Positions 19,943-28,790 of a DNA stretch of 64,000 nucleotides are shown here, piece by piece. Within the stretch, counting starts at the first letter, position 1. Every line of letters starts with the position of its first letter. The stretch lies in contig PLNR01000006.1 in the NCBI GenBank assembly GCA_003141835.1, forward strand, positions 14,558 to 78,557, given 5' to 3'. A program made the translations under genes and the position numbers. Source of the DNA: Candidatus Omnitrophota bacterium. Its GTDB lineage: Bacteria; Omnitrophota; Gorgyraeia; Pluralincolimonadales; Pluralincolimonadaceae. The notes beneath the pieces were generated by a model, which saw nothing but the letters and a program-made list of their open reading frames with translations, made no database searches and was not told where the DNA came from.

Positions 19943-20781
19943 GATCTCTCCTTTTCGTGCCTTAAGTAATGGTATAAGTATTCCTGCGCGTATCCCGCGT
20001 AGCCGCCGAAACGTTCCCGCGCGAACTCCGCGGCTTTCTCCGGGGTGACCGCCTTCCCGTTAAAATACAACTCCTCGAGGCCCCTCTTTATCCATACGTC
20101 TACGGGAAAGGCCTCGTATCTCTTGAACGAAAAGAGCAGGACGCAATCCGCGACCTTCCCGCCCACGCCCTTAAGCGTCATCAGCCTTTCCTTCGCTTCC
20201 CCATAGTTTAAATCCTCGAGCGCATCCAAGTCAAACTTTTTCGAGGCCACCTTTTGCGCGGTATCCTTTATATAACCGGCCCTGAAACCGAGGCCGAGCC
20301 CTTTGAGCTCCTTCATTCCGGCCTTCGCGATCTTGCCGGCCGGAGGGAAGGAGTAGATCTCGGTCCCGCCCAGCACCAGCCTTTTTCCTAACCTTCGCGA
20401 GAGGCTGGCTATCATCTTTTTTATGCGCGGGATATTCGTATACGAGGAAAGGATGAACGAGGCGAGGCATTCCCACCGGTCCTGGTTCAGTATCCTCAAA
20501 CCGCGGTATTTTTTTATTGCCTTTTTTATATTCGGGTCCCCGCCTATTTTCTTATATATGCGAGGCAGGTCTTCGTTCAGCCCGAAATAATCGGCTATCC
20601 GTTTTTTGTCCGCGCCCGGGGATGCCTCGACGGCAAGCTTTCTTCCGTCGAAGGAGACCTTTACCGCCGCATCGCCTATTACACCGGTATAAAAACTGCC
20701 GGACTTTTCCCACCGGAACGCCTGTCCGCATTCCAGCGTATGTTCGAGGTTAAAATCTGAGACCGGTAAGCTGAATTTCAA
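19939..20781 (-). CDS. 8-oxoguanine DNA glycosylase (OGG1-like, HhH-GPD)
   Basis: TLECGQAFRW, GLRILNQD, KGVGGKVADC, FPVDVW, AGYAQEYL. Confidence 0.93.
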   Translation of the reverse strand: MKFSLPVSDFNLEHTLECGQAFRWEKSGSFYTGVIGDAAVKVSFDGRKLAVEASPGADKKRIADYFGLNEDLPRIYKKIGGDPNIKKAIKKYRGLRILNQDRWECLASFILSSYTNIPRIKKMIASLSRRLGKRLVLGGTEIYSFPPAGKIAKAGMKELKGLGLGFRAGYIKDTAQKVASKKFDLDALEDLNYGEAKERLMTLKGVGGKVADCVLLFSFKRYEAFPVDVWIKRGLEELYFNGKAVTPEKAAEFARERFGGYAGYAQEYLYHYLRHEKERS

Positions 20782-20782
20782 G

Positions 20783-21337
20783 CTATTTTACCTTCGGTAG
20801 GACTATCCCCTGCTGCGCCTGGTATTTGCCTTTCCTGTCCCCGTATGTCACTTCCGGCGCTTCGTCGCATTCGTAAAAGAGGAGTTGCGCGATCCCTTCT
20901 TTGGAATATATTTTCGCGGGGTGCGGCGTCGTGTTAGAGATGGCCATTGTAAGATAGCCCTCCCAGGTCGGCTCAAGCGGGCTGATATTTACGAGTATAC
21001 CGCAGCGGCAATACGTGGACTTTCCGAAACAGATGGCGATGACCTTCTCCGGCATCTTGAAATATTCGAGCGAGCGGGCGAGGACGAACGAGTTCGGCGG
21101 GATGACGCATTCCTTCCCCTTGAAATCAACGAAGGAATTCGGGTCGATATGCTTTGGGTCTACGACGGGATCACCGGTGCCGACGAATACCTTGAATTCG
21201 TCATGGGCCCTTATATCATAACCGAAGCTCGAGAGCCCGTAACTTATATGGCCCTCAGAGACCTGGTGGTCGATAAAAGGTTCGATCATCCCGGCCTCGA
21301 GGGCCATCTTTTTGATCCAGCGATCAGGTTTGATCAT
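20783..21337 (-). CDS. dcd: dCTP deaminase
   Basis: [36 protein letters not shown]. Confidence 0.95.
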   Translation of the reverse strand: MIKPDRWIKKMALEAGMIEPFIDHQVSEGHISYGLSSFGYDIRAHDEFKVFVGTGDPVVDPKHIDPNSFVDFKGKECVIPPNSFVLARSLEYFKMPEKVIAICFGKSTYCRCGILVNISPLEPTWEGYLTMAISNTTPHPAKIYSKEGIAQLLFYECDEAPEVTYGDRKGKYQAQQGIVLPKVK

Positions 21338-23641
21338 TTAACCGCACTTGGAATAGCCGCACGCCTTGCAGACCATGCAGCCTTCGACGTGCTGGAGCGC
21401 GCCGCTGCAATCCGGGCAGACGCCTACGACGTTGCCGAGCTTGCCCTTGGCTTCGACCTTCACTTCCGGCGAGGCCTGCGGAGCCGCGGCGACGTCCTGC
21501 GCTTTCCTGTTCAGCAGCCGCCTTTCGACTACTTTGGCGATAGCGTCAGCGCAGGAGAATATCCTTCCGCCTTTCTCCCATGAGGGATTGGGGCATCTTA
21601 TCCCGTTCAACTGCTCTATTACGGAATGTGTATCGAGACCGCAGCGCAGCGCCAATGAAACGAGCCTGCCTATCGCCTCGAGCTGGCTTGCCGCGCAGCC
21701 GCCGGCCTTGCCCATCTGCGTGAATACCTCGAACGGCATCCCATTCTCATCCTCATTTATAGTTATATAGAGGTTGCCGCAGCCTGTAAGTATCTTCGTT
21801 GTCGTGCCCCTGGTGACCTCCGGCCTCGGGCGCGGCGATGTGCGCGCCTTCTCTTCGGGCTTCGCGGATTGGACCTCGATCCCTTCCGCATTTTCCGCCG
21901 ACGGCTTTTCTTTCGTGCGCGCTATATAAAGGACTTGCTCCTCGCGGCTTCCGTCGCGATATATGGTCACGCCCTTACATCCCGTCTTATACGCGAGCAG
22001 GTAGACTTCCTGTACATCGTCCGGGGTCGCGTTATGCGAAAAGTTGACCGTCTTGGAAACGGCATTATCCGTGTATTTCTGGAAAGCTGCCTGCATCCTG
22101 ATATGCCAGACCGGCGTTATGTCGTGCGCGGTCACGAATATCCTCTTTACGTCCTCCGGGATCCCTTCTATATCGTGGAGCGTGCCCTTCTCGGCGATCT
22201 TCTGCATCAGTTCATCGGAATAAAAACCGCGTTCCCTCGCGACGTCCTCGAACAATTTATTGACCTCGACCAGCTTCGTCTTGTCCATCACCTCGCGGTA
22301 ATACGATATGGCGAAAACCGGCTCGATCCCGCTCGATGTGTCGGCGAGTATCGAGAGCGTGCCGGTCGGGGCTATGGTCGTCAGGGTCGCATTCCTTAAG
22401 CTCGGCCCGTCGGAATAGACGGAGCTCGAGAAATTCGGGAACGGGCCTCTCCTTAACGCGAGAGCGTGCGCCTCCCTCCTCGACTCTTCCTGGATGAACG
22501 ACATTATCTTCTCGGCCAGTTCTATCGCTTCGTCGGAATTATACGGGATGCCGAGCTTTATGAGCATCTCGGCGAAACCCATTACCCCGAGGCCGATCTT
22601 CCTGTTGGCCTTGGTCATCGTCTCGATCTGCGGGAGCGGGAACTTGTTCATGTCGATGACGTTATCGAGGAAATGGATGGCGAGCTTCGTCGTCCGGCGC
22701 AGCTTCTCCCAGTCGAGTTGGGGGACTGCGGAATCCGCGCTGACCATCTTTGAGAGGTTTATCGAACCGAGGTTGCAGCTTTCGTAAGGAAGCAGCGGCT
22801 GTTCGCCGCACGGGTTGGTAGATTCTATCGCGCCGATCTGCGGCGTGGGGTTCGAGCTGTTTATCCTGTCGATGAATATGATGCCCGGCTCGCCGTTCTT
22901 CCACGCCCTCTTGACTATCATGTCGAACACTTCGCGGGCCTTGAGGCGGCCGAATACTTTTTTGTTATGCGGGGCGATGAGGTCGTATTCCTCGTCGCGC
23001 TCGACCCTCTTCATGAACTCCTCGGTGATCGCCACCGAGATGTTGAAATTCGTTATGTCCTTGTCAGTCTCCTTGCATTTTATGAAATCGAGGATGTCCG
23101 GATGGTCGACGCGCAGTATGCCCATGTTCGCGCCGCGGCGCGTGCCGCCCTGCTTGACCGCGTGCGTTGCCGCGTCGAATACTTTCATGAAAGATACCGG
23201 TCCGCTCGCGATGCCGCCGGTAGTCTTTACCATCGAGTTGGCCGGGCGCAGCCTTGAGAAAGAGAACCCGGTGCCTCCGCCTGAACGGTGTATGAGCGCC
23301 GTGTTCTTTATCGCCTCGAATATCGATTCCATCGAGTCTTCGACCGGCAGGACAAAACACGCGGAGAGCTGCTGAAGCTCGCGTCCGGCGTTCATCAAGG
23401 TCGGTGAATTCGGAAGGAAATCCAGGTTGTATATTATGGAGTAAAATTCATCCTCAAGTTTTGCGACATTATAATCCGGATCGTAATATGAGTCCGCTGA
23501 AGCTATATTATGCGCTACCCGCCTGAAGAGCTCCTCCGGGGTCTCTATGACGCGGCCTTCCGAGTCCTTTCTTAGATAACGTTTCTCCAGGACTTTCTTA
23601 GAATTGGCTGACAAGCCATTCTTGATACCCGTATCCCCCAT
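21338..23641 (-). CDS. nrdJ: Class II (adenosylcobalamin-dependent) ribonucleotide reductase with C-terminal TSCPD/Zn-finger
   Basis: PNSPTLMN, LSACF, TNPCGEQ, CNLGS, IAPTG, CPDC..C..CG; start set to ATG at 23641 because the promoter overlaps the longer ORF start. Confidence 0.95.
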   Translation of the reverse strand: MGDTGIKNGLSANSKKVLEKRYLRKDSEGRVIETPEELFRRVAHNIASADSYYDPDYNVAKLEDEFYSIIYNLDFLPNSPTLMNAGRELQQLSACFVLPVEDSMESIFEAIKNTALIHRSGGGTGFSFSRLRPANSMVKTTGGIASGPVSFMKVFDAATHAVKQGGTRRGANMGILRVDHPDILDFIKCKETDKDITNFNISVAITEEFMKRVERDEEYDLIAPHNKKVFGRLKAREVFDMIVKRAWKNGEPGIIFIDRINSSNPTPQIGAIESTNPCGEQPLLPYESCNLGSINLSKMVSADSAVPQLDWEKLRRTTKLAIHFLDNVIDMNKFPLPQIETMTKANRKIGLGVMGFAEMLIKLGIPYNSDEAIELAEKIMSFIQEESRREAHALALRRGPFPNFSSSVYSDGPSLRNATLTTIAPTGTLSILADTSSGIEPVFAISYYREVMDKTKLVEVNKLFEDVARERGFYSDELMQKIAEKGTLHDIEGIPEDVKRIFVTAHDITPVWHIRMQAAFQKYTDNAVSKTVNFSHNATPDDVQEVYLLAYKTGCKGVTIYRDGSREEQVLYIARTKEKPSAENAEGIEVQSAKPEEKARTSPRPRPEVTRGTTTKILTGCGNLYITINEDENGMPFEVFTQMGKAGGCAASQLEAIGRLVSLALRCGLDTHSVIEQLNGIRCPNPSWEKGGRIFSCADAIAKVVERRLLNRKAQDVAAAPQASPEVKVEAKGKLGNVVGVCPDCSGALQHVEGCMVCKACGYSKCG

Positions 23642-23666
23642 AACCAAGCCCCCCTTTCCAACCGCC

Positions 23667-23695
23667 AGTATAGTCAACCGCTAGTATAGTGTCAA
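23667..23695 (-). promoter_or_regulatory. Sigma70 promoter of nrdJ
   Basis: TTGACA-N17-TATACT. Confidence 0.8.
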
Positions 23696-23702
23696 GGAAA
23701 AA

Positions 23703-23718
23703 ATACTACATATTGTGT
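23703..23718. promoter_or_regulatory. NrdR box
   Basis: ATACTACATATTGTGT closely fits acaCwAtATaTwGtgt, just upstream of the nrdJ -35. Confidence 0.8.
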
Positions 23719-23735
23719 TTTCCGTCAAAAAATCA

Positions 23736-23813
23736 GGGGACGCTCCATTGGGGGACACTCCATTTCTACCGTCTCTCATTACGATATGGGATGTCCCCCA
23801 ATGGGACGTCCCC
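23736..23813. repeat. GGGGAC REP/REPIN-like inverted repeat, family B
   Basis: Arms GGGGACGCTCCATTGGGGGACACTCCAT / reverse complement GGGGACGTCCCATTGGGGGACATCCCAT. Confidence 0.75.
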
Positions 23814-23826
23814 CAGGCAAAGGTTG

Positions 23827-23871
23827 TTACTTCTTGGGTTTCTTCTTACCGCAACCGCATGATCCGCACAT
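23827..23871 (-). CDS. Candidate 14-aa Cys-rich micropeptide MCGSCGCGKKKPKK
   Basis: ATG TGC GGA TCA TGC GGT TGC GGT AAG AAG AAA CCC AAG AAG TAA; SD AGGAG 8 nt upstream; promoter at 23964-23991. Confidence 0.6.
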   Translation of the reverse strand: MCGSCGCGKKKPKK

Positions 23872-23963
23872 CGTATTCTCTCCTCTGGTTCGACTTCGCT
23901 CACCATCCCTCGAGCTATCCTGAACGCTCCGAGGGATTTTCATCCCTTGCGTATCTGGCAATA

Positions 23964-23991
23964 ATTATACCATCTTTTTTCAATTCCGCAA
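23964..23991 (-). promoter_or_regulatory. Sigma70-type promoter with extended -10, upstream of the micro-ORF
   Basis: TTGCGG-N16-TATAAT with TGn extension. Confidence 0.6.
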
Positions 23992-24029
23992 TGATATCTT
24001 TTCCGCGCTTTTTCCTCTTCGCGGCCCCC

Positions 24030-24779
24030 CTATTTTTTGGCTTTGCCCTGGTTGGCGACGGCTTCCATCGCCTTTTTGACCTCTTCCGGGTCGCCGAGGT
24101 AGTAATGCTTTATCGGCTTCAGGTTATCGTCAAGTTCGTAGACGAGTGGTAATCCTGTAGGTATGTTTAAACTGACGATGTCATTGTCCGATATATTGTC
24201 GAGATACTTCACTAGTGCCCTTAAGGAATTACCATGTGCCGCGATTATTACGCGCTTGCCGCTCTTTACTACCGGCGCGATCGTCTCGTGCCAGTAAGGA
24301 AGGAATCTCGCGACGGTATCCTTAAGGCATTCGGTCAACGGTATCTCGCCCTGTTTTAAATTTTTATAGCGCGGGTCGTTCTCCGGGCTGCGCGGGTCGT
24401 TCTTGTCTAACGGCGGCGGCGGAGTATCATAGCTGCGGCGCCAGACCAAAACCTGCTCTTCGCCGAATTTCGCCGCCATCTCGGATTTATTGAGGCCCTG
24501 TAAAGAGCCGTAATGCCTCTCGTTCAATCGCCATGAATTATATACGGGTATCCACATCAGGTCCATCCCGTCGAGGGTGATCCATAGCGTGCGTATGGCC
24601 CTTTTAAGGACGGATGTGAACGCGACGTCGAATACGAACCCTTCTTTCTTCAATACCTCGCCTGCCCTTTTGGCCTCAGCCAAGCCTTTCTCGGAAAGGT
24701 CGACGTCTGTCCAGCCGGTGAAACGGTTCTCCTTGTTCCAGGTGCTCTCTCCGTGGCGAAGTAATACGATTTTATACAT
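24030..24779 (-). CDS. gpmA: 2,3-bisphosphoglycerate-dependent phosphoglycerate mutase
   Basis: [26 protein letters not shown]. Confidence 0.97.
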   Translation of the reverse strand: MYKIVLLRHGESTWNKENRFTGWTDVDLSEKGLAEAKRAGEVLKKEGFVFDVAFTSVLKRAIRTLWITLDGMDLMWIPVYNSWRLNERHYGSLQGLNKSEMAAKFGEEQVLVWRRSYDTPPPPLDKNDPRSPENDPRYKNLKQGEIPLTECLKDTVARFLPYWHETIAPVVKSGKRVIIAAHGNSLRALVKYLDNISDNDIVSLNIPTGLPLVYELDDNLKPIKHYYLGDPEEVKKAMEAVANQGKAKK

Positions 24780-24802
24780 TAAATTCTCCTTCAGGGTTGC
24801 AA

Positions 24803-24879
24803 CGGGTGACTGCCGACGGAGCCCTTGGCCCTTTTGCCCGAAGCAAAAGGGACGAGGTGCTCGGCAGGCAGGACCCGCC
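24803..24879. repeat. Palindromic dispersed repeat, family A, copy 2
   Basis: Reverse complement of 1724-1801. Confidence 0.85.
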
Positions 24880-24900
24880 GGGATCCTATGCCTTAGACCT

Positions 24901-24938
24901 ACCCTGTGAACTGACCTCTTCGGGTCGATTCACAGGGT
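24901..24938. repeat. Intergenic hairpin between the helicase and gpmA
   Basis: ACCCTGTGAA...TTCACAGGGT perfect 10-bp outer stem plus inner GACC/GGTC stem; no U-tract. Confidence 0.55.
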
Positions 24939-24964
24939 GGTAATTACATCTATTAGGGGTACCA

Positions 24965-26953
24965 TTATACCTTAAACGCTTCTTCAAATTCAACATCGTC
25001 GTCGAAGCCTTCGCCTGCTCGCTCGACGTCCATGAACCGCTCGAGAATGCTGCCCTCTTTAAGGAACCGCGAGACCTCGGTGAATATCGAGCCTGTATTG
25101 CCTCCGGCATAACTTTTCATCCAGCGGGCGGAACGGTCTATGGCAGGTTTTAAAAGTATGAGGTTCTCTTTTGCCCGCGTAGCTGCCACGTAAAACAGGC
25201 GGCGTTCCTCTTCTATCGCGTCGTTATCGTCCATCGACTGGTATGACGGCAGGTGCCCTTCGGCCACGTATATGACGAAGACCGTGTGCCACTCGAGCCC
25301 TTTTGCCGAATGTATCGTCGAAAGGGTCATCGCATGCTCGTGCTTTCCCCTGAATCCCGCTTCCAGGACGCTCTTCTCCGGCGGCTCGAGCGCCATGTCG
25401 GTCAGGAAGGTCTCGAGCGACTTATACCTGGAAGCAATGCGCTCAAGCGAATTCAAATCCGGCGCGCGCCTGTGGAAATCGTCGTATTTCGCCTTGAGCA
25501 GCGGGTCGTAATATTTCAGGAATTCCTTAAGGATTTCGACCGGGGCATATTTCTCCGGCTTCAATTCTTTCAGCATATCAATAAGATTTACGAGGTCTGC
25601 GGATTTCTTCAATACTTCCTTGTCGACCTCAAGGCCCTTCTTCTTCTCTATTATCTGCTCAGTTATCTTCGCGGCGGTCTTCTGCCCGATGCCGCGCATC
25701 AATAACAGCGCCCTGTGCCAGCTCACCTGGTCGTCGGGATTATGGATTATGCGCAGATATGAGATGACGTCCTTTATATGCGCCGCCTCGACGAACCTCT
25801 GCCCGCCGTACTTGACGAACGGGATGTCGTGGTTGGCGAGCTCGACTTCAAGGTCGTTAGAATGCCAGCCGGCGCGGAAGAGCACGGCGATCTCTTTAAG
25901 CATTACGCCTTCATCGACCAGCTCCATTATCTTCTGTACGATATACCTGGACTGGGTATTTTCATCCCGCGCCTCCACGAAGACAGGGCAGTTCCCCTCG
26001 CGCTTCTTCGTGAAGAGGACCTTCTCGAACTTCTCCTCGGCATTCTTTATGACCTCGTTGGTCAGGTCGAGTATCTGCTGGGTCGAGCGGTAGTTCTCCT
26101 CAAGCATTATCACCTTGGCGCCCTTGAAGACCTTGGGAAAATCTATGATATTCTTGAAATTCGCGCCGCGGAACGAATATATGCTCTGCGAATCGTCTCC
26201 GACGACCATCACGTTATCGTGTTCGGCCGCCAGGAGCCGGACGATATCGGCCTGCAGCTTGTTAGTGTCCTGGTATTCATCGACCATTATATACTGGTAC
26301 TGTTCCGAAAGCTTTGAGCGGACGTCTTTGTGGTCCTGCAGGAGCTTTTTGAGGAATACGAGCAGGTCGTCATAATCCATGAGCGACTTCTCGCGCTTGT
26401 ATTTGATGTATCCCTCTTTTATCTTCTTTATCGCGTTCTCCCACTCGAGGAACTGGGGATATTCGAGCTCGAGGACATTGCCGATATCATCGGATTTATT
26501 GACCGACTTTGAGATGACGTCGAGGAGCGCTCCCTTGCGCGGGAAATGTTTCTCGAGGTGGTCGAAGCCGAGCTTGACGCGCACGACATTTACCGCGTCC
26601 TCGGCGTCGGATTCGTCCATTATCGTGAAATTGCCGGGGTATTCTACGAGTTTGGAGTATTTACGCAGGACCTTGTTCGCGAATGAATGGAAAGTCCCTC
26701 CGGCGACCCGTTCGCAGCGGTCGTCAAGGAGTTTCGCGGCGCGGACGAGCATCTCTTCGGACGCCTTGCGGGTAAAAGTAAGAAGCAATATCCGGTCCGG
26801 CTTGATGCCTTTCTCAACGAGGTACGCCACGCGGTATACCAGGGTGCGCGTTTTGCCGCTCCCGGCGCCTGCGATGACAAGGTACGGCCCTTCGGTGGAT
26901 TCAACAGCTTTGAGCTGGGCGGGATTTAATTCTTTTTTATAATCTATTTTCAT
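24965..26953 (-). CDS. UvrD/PcrA/Rep family ATP-dependent DNA helicase
   Basis: AGAGSGKT, TFTRKA, VDEYQD, VGDDSQSIYSFRGA, TIHSAKGLEW, EERRLFYVA. Confidence 0.95.
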   Translation of the reverse strand: MKIDYKKELNPAQLKAVESTEGPYLVIAGAGSGKTRTLVYRVAYLVEKGIKPDRILLLTFTRKASEEMLVRAAKLLDDRCERVAGGTFHSFANKVLRKYSKLVEYPGNFTIMDESDAEDAVNVVRVKLGFDHLEKHFPRKGALLDVISKSVNKSDDIGNVLELEYPQFLEWENAIKKIKEGYIKYKREKSLMDYDDLLVFLKKLLQDHKDVRSKLSEQYQYIMVDEYQDTNKLQADIVRLLAAEHDNVMVVGDDSQSIYSFRGANFKNIIDFPKVFKGAKVIMLEENYRSTQQILDLTNEVIKNAEEKFEKVLFTKKREGNCPVFVEARDENTQSRYIVQKIMELVDEGVMLKEIAVLFRAGWHSNDLEVELANHDIPFVKYGGQRFVEAAHIKDVISYLRIIHNPDDQVSWHRALLLMRGIGQKTAAKITEQIIEKKKGLEVDKEVLKKSADLVNLIDMLKELKPEKYAPVEILKEFLKYYDPLLKAKYDDFHRRAPDLNSLERIASRYKSLETFLTDMALEPPEKSVLEAGFRGKHEHAMTLSTIHSAKGLEWHTVFVIYVAEGHLPSYQSMDDNDAIEEERRLFYVAATRAKENLILLKPAIDRSARWMKSYAGGNTGSIFTEVSRFLKEGSILERFMDVERAGEGFDDDVEFEEAFKV

Positions 26954-27374
26954 TCTGGGCTTTTTCGACCATCTGGCGTTCCGAGGGATAGGTCATTATC
27001 TTCAAGGCTTCTTCCAGCGGAAGCCAACGCACTTCTTCGGCGTCAGTGTCGTGGTCGGCGGTGCTCCCCGATTCATATTTAACTAAATAGAAATATACCG
27101 TCTTGTGGACACGCGCATCGTCCTCATCCGAGTAGAACCAGTAATTTATCTTTCCGAGGTCATTCTCGATCGTGCCGGTGAGACCGGTCTCTTCCCTTAT
27201 CTCGCGGAGGGCCGCCTGCTGGGGGGTCTCGGGTTTCTCTATCTTTCCTTTGGGAAGGCAGAATATCTTACCCTCCCCGCGGGTGAGGATCGCTACTTCG
27301 GTCGTCTTGCCTGCCTTGCGGTACACGACGCCGCCCGCAGAGAATTGTTCTTTGGTCTTCATAACCTCACTCAT
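26937..27374 (-). CDS. NUDIX hydrolase
   Basis: SAGGVV; Nudix box LPKGKIEKPETPQQAALREIREETG. Confidence 0.93.
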   Translation of the reverse strand: MSEVMKTKEQFSAGGVVYRKAGKTTEVAILTRGEGKIFCLPKGKIEKPETPQQAALREIREETGLTGTIENDLGKINYWFYSDEDDARVHKTVYFYLVKYESGSTADHDTDAEEVRWLPLEEALKIMTYPSERQMVEKAQNENRL

Positions 27375-27394
27375 GGTTGTGCCTGAGGGGACTC

Positions 27395-27420
27395 ATGGTT
27401 GATCCGATCGGATCAACCAT
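27395..27420. repeat. Perfect 26-bp palindrome ATGGTTGATCCGATCGGATCAACCAT (family C)
   Basis: Exactly self-complementary; ACTCATGGTTG is also directly repeated at 27369 and 27391. Confidence 0.7.
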
Positions 27421-27448
27421 TTCGCCATTACCCCTAATAGCGGGGCTC

Positions 27449-27559
27449 AAAAAAAAGGCCTCCTTCATTACCTCTGAGGTGAGCCGACATACAGCACCAC
27501 CGGGCAGCTTGAAACCGCCCAACCGTCGACATTCTAGTCGAAGGCAATGAAGGAGGTCC
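27449..27559 (-). ncRNA. Candidate structured RNA ending in a terminator-like U-tract
   Basis: 15-bp closing stem CCUCCUUCAUUGCCU/AGGUAAUGAAGGAGG enclosing two hairpins, then U8; G-U pairs favour the minus strand. Confidence 0.5.
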
Positions 27560-27570
27560 GGGGAGATTTA

Positions 27571-27777
27571 TTATTTCTTCTCTTTCTTCTCTTCCAGGGA
27601 GTCTTTTATCTCGCCGATCCCCGCCATCACCGCGAGAAGTCCGCCGAGTAAAAGTATCATGACCAGCCCGGATTTGAGGAAGCCCACTATATATTCTTCC
27701 CACCAGTTGACCAGGCCAACCACTCCGAGGACGATGGCGATCAGTCCGCCGATTACAGAGAGATATTTGCTCACCAT
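27571..27777 (-). CDS. Small two-TM membrane protein
   Basis: RBS AGGAGG, own promoter, two hydrophobic helices and charged tail. Confidence 0.75.
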   Translation of the reverse strand: MVSKYLSVIGGLIAIVLGVVGLVNWWEEYIVGFLKSGLVMILLLGGLLAVMAGIGEIKDSLEEKKEKK

Positions 27778-27815
27778 CTACCTCCTGAGACTTTCATTTC
27801 AAAAGAACCATTAGA

Positions 27816-27843
27816 ATTATATCACCCAAAAGCGCTTTGTCAA
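27816..27843 (-). promoter_or_regulatory. Sigma70 promoter
   Basis: TTGACA-N16-TATAAT with TGn extension. Confidence 0.7.
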
Positions 27844-28325
27844 GGGATTTTATAACCGATTTTTCTCAACAGGTCCTTCCGCCATTTGACGCCGGATTCG
27901 TCCTCTACGCCTTTCGGTTTCGCTCCGTCTATCACGCCGAGGATGCCCCTGCCGCCTTCGGTTTCGGCTATGACCAGCTCGACCGGGTTTGCGGTAGCAC
28001 AGTAGATCCCGCATACCTCGGGAATGCCTTTTATAGCGTTCAGGACGTTTATCGGGTATGAATCCTTCATTATGATGACAAAACAGTGCCCCGCGCCGAT
28101 GGCGAGAGCATTCTTTTCGGCAAGTTTTTTCAGGCCGTCATCAGTGCCCGTAGACCTGACAAGGCACGCGCCGGACGACTCGCAGAAAGCCATTCCGAAT
28201 TTTATTCCCGGCACCGCCGTCACCATCGCCTCGTGGATATCCTCGACCGTCTTGATGAAATGGGACTGGCCGATTATGATATTATATTCCGCGGGCTTCT
28301 CTATCTTTACGGTCTTGGTTTCCAT
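27840..28325 (-). CDS. Adenosine-specific kinase family (DUF355)
   Basis: IGQSHFIKTVED, AFCESSG, IGAGH, ATANP, GRGILGVIDG. Confidence 0.9.
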   Translation of the reverse strand: METKTVKIEKPAEYNIIIGQSHFIKTVEDIHEAMVTAVPGIKFGMAFCESSGACLVRSTGTDDGLKKLAEKNALAIGAGHCFVIIMKDSYPINVLNAIKGIPEVCGIYCATANPVELVIAETEGGRGILGVIDGAKPKGVEDESGVKWRKDLLRKIGYKIP

Positions 28326-28334
28326 GGTCCCCTC

Positions 28335-28790
28335 CTACCCTAATTTCGCAAGTTCTTCTGAGACCATCTGGCTGAGCATCTTGCCGTCAGCCGCGCCTTT
28401 GGCCTCTTCCATCGCCGTTTTCATCACTTTGCCCATATCGGCCCTGCCCTTAGCGCCCACCGCGGCTATCGCGGACTTGACGATTGCCTTCAATTCATCG
28501 GCCGGCATCATCTTCGGCATATACGACTCGAGTATCTTGAGCTCTGCCGTCTCCTTATCTACGAGGTCTTGCCTGTTGCCCTTCGCGAACCCGTCGATGG
28601 AGTCCCTGTGCTGTTTTATCTGCCTGGCTATGATGCCCATAACGTCCTTATCCTCAAGCTTCTCCGCCTTCTTCTCTATTTCGAGGTTCTTTATCCCGGC
28701 CTTGAGCATCCGCAAGGTCGAGAGCTTTATCGCGTCCCTGGCTTTCATCGCTTCCTTTATATCCGCGTCGATCTTCTCTGCAAGCGTCAT
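28335..28790 (-). CDS. GatB/YqeY domain protein
   Basis: KEAMKARD...LRMLKA...KQHRDSI...DMGKVM...ADGK. Confidence 0.93.
   Translation of the reverse strand: MTLAEKIDADIKEAMKARDAIKLSTLRMLKAGIKNLEIEKKAEKLEDKDVMGIIARQIKQHRDSIDGFAKGNRQDLVDKETAELKILESYMPKMMPADELKAIVKSAIAAVGAKGRADMGKVMKTAMEEAKGAADGKMLSQMVSEELAKLG

Noticed and set aside
23642-24029. Cobalamin riboswitch upstream of nrdJ
   Set aside because: No recognisable B12-box or AGGGAA..GGTG..AATCC core; the region is explained by promoter, NrdR box, repeat and micro-ORF.
27495-27525. tRNA-Sec or UGA-suppressor tRNA suggested by a UCA anticodon-like loop
   Set aside because: No T-arm (GTTCRA), no acceptor stem/CCA geometry; kept only as a generic ncRNA candidate.
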